A stretch of DNA of 64,000 nt from Phaeosaccion multiseriatum (taxonomy: Eukaryota; Protista; Ochrophyta, other classes). The translations under genes were made by a program, and so were the position numbers. The notes beneath the pieces are model-generated. The model was not told the origin of the DNA, ran no database searches, and saw only the letters and a program-made list of their open reading frames with translations. Each line of letters starts with the position of its first letter. The first letter of the stretch is position 1. The stretch is from NCBI GenBank assembly GCA_965112735.1, contig OZ218954.1:62001-126000 (forward strand), given 5' to 3'. Below are positions 26,147 to 36,800 of the stretch, piece after piece.

Positions 26147-28016
26147 CTAGCTGCTGAAGCTGAAGGGGCGGATGAGTTTGAGTGCCAGTGCCAGGGACTT
26201 CCTGAAGCGGAGGGGACACTCCGCACAGCGCTCAGTGGCCTCCGGAGTGGCGATGCCCCTCGCTCGCAGGCAATTAAGTAAGGTTATGTGAGTGTCGTGC
26301 CCGGGCAGCATACGGGTAGTCACCATGGGGGCTCCTGTTGCTGCTGCTGTATCACCAACTGCGGGAGGTGCTGGTGAAAGGGACGATGTTGACGACGACG
26401 TTGATGTACCACCAGCTGTTGAGGATGGTGCTGAGGATGGCAGTGGATGGTCTTGAATGAGGCTGACTTTGACGCTCGGGGAGGGCAAAAGGCCGATGCC
26501 GGGGGCGTCGAGGTGACTGTGTGACGCACAGTCGGACTGTGGTCATTGCAATAGGGCAAGGTCATTGCAATGGGGCAAGCATTCAGTGGGTGGGTGGTTG
26601 GTTGGTTGGTTGGAGGGAGGGAGGGGGGGAGGGGGGAGGGGGGAGGGACGTGTGGCAGCGTTTCAGGAGGGAGGGAAGGACGGAAGGAGGGAGGGAGGGA
26701 AGGACGGAAGGAGGGAGGGAGGAACAGGCTTGCGTAGCTCTCTGTCTCTCCACCTTGCCCCGCCTTGCCCCGCCTTGCCCCGCCTCGCTCTCTGTCCCTC
26801 TCTGTCCCTCTCTGTCGCGCTCTCCCCCGCCTCTCTCTCTATTCTCTACGCTTAGCTTCACTCACCTCCAAGAGGGCTGTGCTGAAGTCAATGGAGTCGG
26901 CAATTCCCCCGGTGAAGACCGACGTCTCCCTCACGTTGATGGCCACTCGGTCAGAGGCGGGGAGCGACGCTCTGGGGGAAGTACCCAGGGGGGAAGTACC
27001 CAAGGGGGGGGGGGTACCCAAGGGGGGGGGGGGGGGGTATTAAGTAAGGGGAGGGGTATAAGTTGGTATCAAGTAAGGGGAGGGCGGGTGGGGGCATGGG
27101 AGTGGATGTTAATGGATAGGGAGGGCATGGCAGTGGATGTTAATGGATAGGGAGGGCATGGCAGTGGATGTTAATGGATAGGGAGGGCATGGCAGTGGAT
27201 GTTAATGAATAGGGAGGGCATGGCAGTGGATGTTAATGGATAGGGAGGGCATGGGAGTGGATGTTAATGGATAGGGAGGGCATGGGAGTGGATGTTAATG
27301 GATAAGGAGGGCATGGCAGTGGATGTTAATGGATAGGGAGGGGATGGCAGTGGATGTTACTGGATAGGGAGGGCATGGCAGTGGATAGCAGCGGTTCGAC
27401 AACAAAAAAACTGAGCACTGCTCTCTGCTGCCATGTGCTGCTATCTGAGCCCATTTCACTGACCTTGTCCATCCGGAGCCGGTGACCTCGAAGGAAGCCG
27501 CCACAGCCGCCACTTGATCGCACACAAAGTCCTCTAGCACCCTCTGGGACAGGGAGCAATTTCGGGGTATTCGGGGGGGGGGGTGGGGGGGTTTCGGGGG
27601 TTGGTTATGTATGGGATTTACTACCTCTGAGAGGGGTTCGTTGAGTGGGTTTCGGGGGCGGACTTGAGAGGGGGTTTCGGGGAGGGGCGGGCTACAAAGA
27701 CCCTGTGCCAATGAAGCTGCTGATGTCACCTTACAGCAAACGTAAACTCACGTCTTTCACGAGCTTGCCGCCTGCCACCCCGGGGAAGGAAGAGACACCC
27801 CCGGTGGAGGCCCCTTCTTCCCCACCCCCGGGGACGAGATCATCCCCATCCTCATTGACTTCTGGCCCTGATCCTGCGGTGGGGGCGTCACCAGCTGCCC
27901 CTGTTGGTGCTCCGCCGAGGGCCTGTGAGGCGTCGTCATCTGTGGGCAGGAGCATGATTCCCGCCAAACTGAGGCGGCTCAGCAGCTCTGTGGGGCTGTA
28001 GGTGCCTGTGTGTGTG

Positions 28017-28091
<75 letters not shown>

Positions 28092-31000
28092 ACAGGCGTA
28101 TGGGCGGGGAGGGGGGAGGTTGGGAGATTTCAGGTGGTGTTGGTATGGTCTCTCACGCACGCACGCACGCACCCCCACACCCACTCACTCTCTCACTCAC
28201 TCACTCGCTCACTCACTCACTAACTCACTCACTCACTCACTCACTCACTCACTCACTCACTCACTCACTCGCTCACTCACTCACTCACTCACTCACTTAC
28301 TCACTCACTCACTCATTCACTCACTCACTCACCCACTCACTCACCCACCCACTCACTCACTCACTTATTCATTCACTCACTGACTCATTCACTCCCTTTA
28401 GTGACTCATTGACTTACTCTCCCTCTAGTCACTTATTGACTTACTCTCCCTTTAGTGACTCATTGACTTACTCACCCTTCCTGAGCTCTGCAAGCTCTGG
28501 CAGCTGTGGGGCCATCAAGCGGCACGTGTTTCCCTGTCAGGGCAGGGGAGGAGGGGATGGCAGCGGATGGCAGGGAGGGAGGGAGGGAGGGAGGGGAGGA
28601 GCGACAGATGCACCCACGGAGCGAGGCAGAGTGTAAGGACAGAGAGAGAGACAGACAGACACACACAGAGAGGGAGACAGACAGACACACACAGAGAGGG
28701 AGACAGACAGACACACACAGAGAGAGGGAGACAGAGAGACAGAGAGGGAGAGTAAGAGAGGAGAGAGTGCTTGTCGGCACGCTCTAAACTCAAACCCACC
28801 TTGAAGCGTATCACCACCATGAATCTGGGCGTCGCCAGAGTCAGCTCCACCTCGGGCTCCACCTCAAGATACACTTCCGCTGAGGGGTCGTCAGTAGGGG
28901 CCACCTGAGGGCGTTGGTGATACACAAGGAGGGAGGGAGAGAAGCGGATTCAAATGTCTGAAGCAAGGGAAGGGGAAGGTACGAAAGACTCCAAGACTCC
29001 ATACAGAGCGCAAGAGGGCGACTTGAGGGAAGTGCAGCTACGTGTCCGTGTGGTGGACCATCCTACATAAGCATTATATAATCTTACGTGTCCGTGTGGT
29101 GGACCATCCTACATAAGCATTATATAATCTTAGGGTTGTTAAGAGAGAGAGAGAGAGGGAGTATAGTTACTAGGGCGATGGTCACGGTAAGTACCTTGTT
29201 ACAGTAAAAAGTCGCTTACGTACCATCTTGGGGTCGTACACAGGCACGAGGCTCCAGTTCTTGTAGGGCAGGTCTGTGCGGCGGTGCTGCACCAAGGCCA
29301 CACTTGAGGTAATAACGTTATGTTGTAGCGTTACGTAACGTCGGGCAGCGTTGGAGAGGGTGGGGGAAGGGGGACAGAGGGGGGGGATGAGTTTGCGCTT
29401 CAGGTTTGGAGGCTGTCTCCCTCCGTCCTTTCTCTCTCCTTCCCCTCCCTCCCTCCTTCCCCTCCCTCCCTCCCTCCCTCCCTCCCTCCCTCTCTCCCTC
29501 CCACCCTCTCCCCCTCTCTCCCTCCCTCCCCCCCTCCCTCCCTTTACGCCATGCCACACACACACACACCTGCCGATGCGAACGGTGTGGAAGCGCACCA
29601 CCCTCTTGCTGAGCGTCCACTCCACCTCGGAAACACCTTCGCTGCTCCACCGTTGCTCCTCCGGATCCCAGATGGCGACTGCAGGCGCCTGGAGGGGGGG
29701 AGAGGGAGGGAGGGAAGAGGGGGGGCGGGTGAGAGAGCGAGGAGAGGAGATGACCTCTGGGTCTGTCCATCGGAGGGAGGGACGGTTTCATGCTGTAACG
29801 CCACACTGTCCTCAACCGCCTCGCCCCAGTGCTTCGGTTACACATACACACGCACACACACATACACACATGTACACACACACGCTCCCTCCTCCCCCCT
29901 CCTCCCCCTTCCACCCCCCCTTCCACCCGCCCCTCCACCCCCCCCTCCTCCCCCCCTCCCTTCCTCACCTCTTCCGACGAGACGATGACTCCCTCCGGCA
30001 CTGCGAACTGTGCCTTGAGGTGCGGGGCCATGGAGAGGTGCCCCCCGTCGAAGGGGTACGTGTTGCGCTGAACCGCATGGCTCACCTCACTCAGCGGCCG
30101 GAACGTCCACCCTGGGGGGGGGGTAAGAAGAGGCGTATGGAGAGGGAGGTCATTGGAGGCATATGGTATACATGGAGAGGAAGGTCATTAGAGGCATATG
30201 GTATACATGGAGAGGGAGGTCATTAGAGGCATATGGTATACATGGAGAGGGAGGTCATTGGAGGCATATGGTATACATGGAGAGGGAGGTCATTAGAGGC
30301 ATATGGTATACATGGAGAGGGAGGTCATTAGAGGCATATGGTTTACATGGAGAGGAAGGTCATTAGAGGCACATGGTATACATGGAGAGGGAGGTCATTA
30401 GAGGCATATGGTTTAATGGAGAGGGAGGTCATTGGAGGCATATGGTATACATGGAGAGGAAGGGGCCCTTCCCTTCCCTTGCTATGCCTCTAATCTCCCC
30501 TGTACGCCTGCATTCCCTCCCCCTTCCCCATACGCCTCTATTCCCTCTCACCTTTGAGCTGCCGAGGGGCGGGTGGTAGAGAAAGCAGCTCGAGCAAAAA
30601 CACGCCCCCCAGCACAGACACGTTGGAGGCATATGGGGAGGAGGCCACCATCCCCCCTGGAGAGTCCTTGTTCACCCCATCCGCTGCCATTCCGTCCACT
30701 GCCATCCCGCCGTCGCCCTCGTTGTCGTTGTTGCTGCGCTGGAGTTGCTGCTGCCACTGACCCTGACCCTGACCCTCTCCCAGACTCTGACCAAGACCCT
30801 GATCCTGCCCCGGACCGTGGCCGTGACCCCCGGGGGGCCCTCTTCGCTGCTCGGGAATTACGTATTCATATGGCAAGAAAATGTTCCTCACAGCCACCTG
30901 TAGTTACGGTTCGTGTCGTCAATACGTAATGTCAGTACGTAATGTCAGTACGTACCAAAAGAGGGAGGGAGGACATGACAAGGAAAGAGGTGCATGAATG

Positions 31001-32735
31001 TAATGTTTATGTAATGTATTTTTAGTTTGGGGTGAGTTTGGGGTGATGGCTTGCCCCATTTGGTAGGGAGGATTAGTCCACTTTCACCAACCTTTGCCTG
31101 CAGCACGGGCCTGGGCACGTCCGTTGCCATCCCCGCCCCTCCGAAGTCGATGTTCTTGCTCCTGCCGCCTTTCTGTAACGTATTGGACCAAATGCCCACT
31201 CGGATGCTGCAGGAGGTCGAGGACAAGCTCACTCTGTTTGTGTTGTTGAGTGTCAGGACGGGACAGGACAGAGGGTGCGGGGGGGTGTCAGGACAGAGAG
31301 TGGGAGGAGGAGGCCGACAAACTCACTACAATACTGCAGAGTTTCGTGTCGAAGGGGGCACTAACTCACCGATCGGAGTCGTCCTTCGGCCCCACTTCGT
31401 CCCAGTGCTGCAGCAAGTGGGCCGTGGCGTGGTCGATGTGCGCCATTTGTGAGTCTCGCAGCTGAAGCAACAACTGCCGCCCTACCTCCTGCGTCATGAT
31501 GCCGGAGCCCGAGCCTGACCCCGAGCTGTCCCCCCCGGAGCCCAGCCCATGCATCACCCCCAAGAGGTCCTTGTAGGGTTTGGGGGGGGGGGAGGACGGG
31601 ACGCCCAATGTCGTGTGTGGCGGGGAATGAGGGTCAACAGTCGAGCAGAGCTGGGGTGCGAGAGGGAGCAGTAGGGAGCAGTCTTTTGTCTGTTCTCAGC
31701 TGTCTCACTGTACTCCAAGCCAATGCCGTCTTCCCATACGCCTCTACATCAGTCTACACGATACGACAAGCTTGACATGCTTTTCAACTCACGTTGGCGA
31801 TGACCTCTGTGAAGCTACAACGCTCCAAGGCCGCATTCAGGTCCGAGTACTTGGTGTCAGCCTCCTGCGAGAGAAACGTGTTGAGGTGCTGCTCACTGCT
31901 AGGGTCTGGGCCCGGATTACAAGCCAAATACTTGCGCCAGCTGTGGTCCTCTCTCTCCCTCCTCTCCTGAATGCCCAGCTCCGCCTGCTGCTGAGCGATG
32001 TCATCCTTTGCTACTCGCTCCTCCTCCTTGAGGCGCTGCAGCTCTTCGGTGCGGTAGGCGATCTGTGCACAATGAGTATTAATAAGTAGAAATGATCATG
32101 ACAAACAAGTGTGACGAGGAAGGGAGGAAGGAAGGAAGGAAGGAAGGAAGGAAGGAGAGGCATGGAGAAGAAGGAACCAAGGATCTGCTCTCTTCCTCAC
32201 TCTCTTCCTTCCACACCGCGAGGGGGGAATCGAGCAACAATCTCCCATTTCGACACCACACCCATAGAACCACATCCTCCTGTCCCGGGAGTAGGAGGAC
32301 CACCGGCTACCGCGAGCCGTAGGAGACCATGCAGCTGTGGATCGGATGCTCTCTCCCTCTCTCTCTTCTTTCTCTCCCTCTCTGTCTCCCCCTCGACTCT
32401 CCTCGTCCTGCCCTCTCTCCCGTCTATGAGCTCGCTCACATCACCCACACACACACAGATAAATAGACAGACGAGGCACTAGGCAGAGCAAGTGAGACGG
32501 AAAGACGAAGAGGGAGATGGATAGAGAGAGAGAGAGAGGACGGAGCTTAGAGGTATCCACCCACCTGCTCCTCCCTCAGCAGCCGAGCCGCCTCCTCTGC
32601 CTCGCGGCGCGCTTTCTCTTCCCTCTTGATACGATCTTCCTCTGCCTTCCGCGCATCCTCTTCTGCCTGTATTCGCTCCGCCTCCAGCTCGGCCTTGGAC
32701 TTCTTCTTTCCCTTCTTCTTGGGCTTCGGACCCAT
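26147..32735 (-). CDS. DNAI7: Axonemal dynein intermediate chain 7 / CASC1 / CFAP94 family (multi-exon)
   Basis: MGPKPKKKGKKK plus E/R-rich coiled coil; WRKYLACNPGPDP..LNTFLS; GGVFLLELLSLPPAP; WDPEEQRWS; DLPYKNWSL; LSLAGIMLLP; C-terminal LKLIRPFSFSS*. Confidence 0.8.
27098..27385. repeat. 31-bp minisatellite (GGATAGGGAGGGCATGGCAGTGGATGTTAAT, ~9 copies), intronic
   Basis: Visible tandem repeat. Confidence 0.9.
30137..30458. repeat. 35-bp minisatellite (GGAGAGGGAGGTCATTAGAGGCATATGGTATACAT, ~9 copies), intronic
   Basis: Visible tandem repeat. Confidence 0.9.
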
Positions 32736-33483
32736 CCTGCCTCCCCTCCTTTCCTTCCCTTTCCCTCTTCCTTCTCTTTTCCCCTTTCTGATCTCCTTCC
32801 CTGCCGCTCCTGCCGCCGCTGCTACTACTACTCCTGTTACTCCTCCTTCCGCTGCTTCTGCTTCTGCTGCTGCTTCTTCTGTTTGCGCACCTGTGCTATT
32901 CCTCACGTAACGGAACCCACCATCTGTGAATGTATTCTACTCCCTCATTCTGTCGGCCGCTCGCTCGAGGGGTCGTCGTTGGCCGGGAAGGAAAATGAAA
33001 AGAAGAAAAAGAGGGAAGGACGCGCATGAATCCTCATCTTCCCAGGCGAAGTATAGTCTGTCGAAGAATCGATGCTTCAGCACAGTGCCGCGTAACAAGT
33101 GCAATGACTTGTGGAGTGGAGGGGGCGAAAAGCGATCGAACAAGCAGTGCAGGGAGGATTGTGCGTGTCCCATGGAGCTGTGGTCAAGAGGCTTACCGGG
33201 GAGCAGTGTGAGATTTATATTAGAGCTTATTGTGTGAGATGTATATTAGAGCTTATGGGCTCAGTATTGGAGCGCTCGAGGTAAGTTGTAACCATGTGTA
33301 GATGCGTGTATGTGTGGTATTGATGGAGCGTGATGTGGAGGGGAAGAGGATGGTAAGGGTGGTAGAGTAGAGGATAATGGGGAATGGGAAGGGAGTGAGG
33401 GGGGGAGGAGGAGATGAAGGGGTGTGGGAAGGAGTGAGGTGGTGGAGGTGATATGTGAACTATCCTACTGTGGGTGGTGCGGG

Positions 33484-33765
33484 TGTTACGATATAAGGCA
33501 TCCCAATATGCCTTCAGTATTATCCAAACGCTTATCCCACCAGTTTTCACGTGCTTTTTTCAACAGGGTACGACCCTCTGGTATCTCCTTGGGAACCCCC
33601 CTCGGGAAACATCATATTATTTTTTCCTCTTTCCTCAGGTAGGACTCGAACCCCTCTTTTGTTACGATATAAGGCATCCCAATATGCCTTCAGTATTATC
33701 CAAACGTCCATACTTGGACGTTTGGATAATACTGAAGGCATATTGGGATGCCTTATATCGTAACA
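33484..33765. mobile_element. 282-bp MITE with 47-bp TIRs (TGTTACG...CGTAACA) and 5-bp TSD GCGGG, nested in the retrotransposon 3' UTR
   Basis: TIRs at 33484-33530 and 33719-33765; GCGGG at 33479-33483 and 33766-33770; third internal TIR copy at 33660-33706. Confidence 0.85.
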
Positions 33766-33849
33766 GCGGGTGACAAGGCGTGACTAACTGTGGTTGCTAT
33801 GCTGTGTGCTGATGGTCTCGCTGTCTGCTGGCTGGTGTACTCCTGCTCC

Positions 33850-36800
33850 TCAGGCGGCCGCTCCGTCGATGGCTCCCATGAGCCCCCAGTCGAGGGTTTC
33901 TGCTGCTTCGTGCTGCGTCATGGTGGCTCGAAGGAGGGTGCCATACCTGATCTCCCGCTGTGAGAGGGCGCGTTGAAGGGCGAGGGACAGTTGTTGGCGC
34001 AGGAGGCCCTTGATGGGGCCCGTGGCTGCCGCCGCTGCGGGGCCGAGCCCTCTTGATGCCTTGTGGATGGCCATCGCCTCGATGAGCTCGTCCGTTTGGT
34101 GGCCCAGTCTGCCGTACGTCTCGATTGCAATGCACTTCAGGGTTGAAGTCCCGGGCAGAAAACTGCCCAGGTAGTGAATGCGCTTGCGCTCTTCGGCGGC
34201 GGCTGCTGCGTGGCCTGGCGTGGTGGAGGCCCGTCCCACGTGGGTGGGGGCGGTGGGGTTGGTGACGGTGATGTCGCAGAGGAGGTTTCTCCGCAGGGGT
34301 GCGTCCGCTCCCGGGAAGCTACCTGCGGGATAGGTCAGATCCATGCGTAGGTCTCGGCCTGCTCGGGTGCCCGTGGGGCCGTCGAAGCAGGTCTGGTCCT
34401 CTACACGTGCTCCTCCAATGCCCACGCTGTGCATCATCCTCCCGAAGGCCTTGACGAGGAGGTGGTGTGTGTGGTTGTGGAGGCCGGTGCGGGGGCAGAT
34501 GGTGGCGTGGGTGGTGCTTGCCGTGCGGGCGCAGCCTGTGCCGAGGCAGGGTGGGGGCGGGTCCGCGTATGGCGTGTTGACACCGAGGTTGCGACGAAGG
34601 GCCATGGTCCATTCTGCGGGGGCCATGGTGTTGTGGCCGTGGGGGAGCGCTCCGAGGAAGGCCATGGCGCCCCTTCCTCGCTGTGAGTGGAGTCGGGCTG
34701 TTGCCATTTCCTGTGTCTCCTCTCCCCTCTGTGCCTCTGCCGGTGTGACGTCGATGGTGGCGATGCTCTGCGTCAGCTCCTCATGGCGGCGTTTGTGGAT
34801 GAAGGTGGTGAGGGCCTTCTGGACGCCGTGGGTCGGTTGACGGCCTGCCTGATGGCTCCTGCGCACGTTGCGTCGCGCTGTGTCTTGGGCTTGGTGGTCA
34901 GGCGGCTCGAGTACGCGTGAGCGGGCCTCGTCGAACTGTGCCTGACCCACTGCTTGGATGAGGGGGGCCTCAGGGACCCCCTCCTCGTGCAGGAGGTTGA
35001 CGCTGTCGGCGACGCTCTTGAGGGCTCCGTTGGTGAACAGCTGGTCCGGTAGGGCGCTCTCTTGGGAGCTGTCCCGGCGTGCGGTGCGGCTGAGCAGGGG
35101 GGGGAGGGTGAGCATCTTGTTGCCAAGGTATGCTGCTGGGGCGATGTCGTGGAGGCTGGTGAGGCCGAGGCCGCCGAAGCGCCGTGCCGTATGCATTTGT
35201 AGGCGCTGTGTCTCCGTCCATGGCTCCTCTTGTGCATCTGCGGCCTGCTCCAGAGGGGGGGCATCGGGGAGTCGCATGATGTGGGCCAGTGTCGCCCTGT
35301 TGGTGCGGTCTGCCCTGCTGCCGAGGGCGCGTCGGAAGATGGAGGGGTCAATGGCTCTCGCCAGGTGTGTGAGCCTGGCTGGGAGGCATTGGAGGAGGAC
35401 GAGGGTGGCCGCCTGGGTGTTGTCCCACTCGCTGCAGTGTTTGGCGAGTTGGAGGTAGCCCCTGGGGTCTTCTTGGCCGAGGATGTTGCGGAGGTACTCT
35501 TCGATGTACTCCTCCGTGCCGACGGGGATGCCGGCTACCACGGTACCCTCGGTGGCAAGTGTGGCGCCCTGCCGTTGGGCGTGGTCCCTGTCAGCCTGTG
35601 TTGGCTGCTTGCCTTTGCCCATGAGGTAAACCGTTTTCCTCTCGTTGAACTCGAGGCCCAAGCCTCGGAATTGGGCTTGGAGATGGGCATGGCGTGGGGC
35701 GTAGGTCTCTAGGGGTGCGTCGGGTTCCAGCTGGTCCATGAGGTCGTCTGCGTAGGCGGAGATGGTGGGGCGGTTCGCTGCGGTGTCGGCTGTGTTCTGA
35801 ACTTTCAGCACTGGGTGGATGGCGGCTGCGAACATGAGAGGCCCTTCTGGTGCTCCTTGGTTGACTCCGGAGCTCTGGTGGATGGTCTGGGTGCCGTCTG
35901 GTGTGAGGGCGTTGTGGGCGGAGGCGTGGGAGAGGCTGGCGATGGCGTAGTTGATGCCTGCTGGGTCGATGGTAGGGAGTGCGCCTGAGGCTAGGACGCC
36001 TCTGGCACGCGACACGCGGGTGTAGGCCTTGGTGATGTCATGCAGCACGACGGTTTTGCCGGCATCGTGCGCTAGCTGGGCTGCTGCGGCGTGTGTTTCC
36101 CCTCCGCCTCTGACCGCTACCGCTAGCTGTCCTGCGCTTCTGAGCTCTGGGCCCACCCTGTCCGCGATGAGCTTCATGTGACAGCTCTCCACGAGGCTGC
36201 GGTAGAGGTTGGGGGATGTCACAGGACGCGCTTTCTCGCCGAGGGCTGCGGCGCTGGTGCTGAACCACCGTTTGGCGAGCTGTGGAGGCAGTGGAGTGTC
36301 CCCCGTTCGGAGCAGCTCGTAGGTGTCAGTCAGAGCCTCCACGATTGCGTACTCCTGGGGGCTGTCCGGGGGTACTTGACGTGGCTCGCCCTGCGCCCGT
36401 CTGCTCCTTGGCCCTTCCAGTAGTTGACCCTCCGGTAGGTCAGCAGCATGGCTGTGCTGATCTCCTCTCTGGTGACGTCGTTGCCATTCTCGGGGTGCTC
36501 CTGCACCTGGGTTCTGGCGTACTCCCTGGCTGCTGTTGCTGCTGTGTTGATCTCTTCGAGGCTCTCGTCGACGTGCGCTTGCTGGAGGCGTCGAAAGGTC
36601 TCGTGTGTGGGAGGGAGGTGGCCGTCTCTGCTCTTTGTGCTGAGCCTCGCCGCGGCCTTGTGCAGGCCTCCGGGTTTGGTGAGCAGGTGGGCGCAGGTTT
36701 CTCTCCGTCGCTCCTCTGTCTGTGCCTGTGCTGGGGGTGGTGGGCGGCGTGCGTGTGCTGTGGCTATCGCTGCTTGTGCGAGTGGGGCGATGTCGAGGTC

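Noticed and set aside
29039-29130. 46-bp direct duplication in a DNAI7 intron
   Set aside because: Simple local tandem duplication with no element ends or structure
33631-33655. tRNA gene
   Set aside because: Only a ~22-nt 3'-end-like fragment; no D-arm, anticodon arm or A-box
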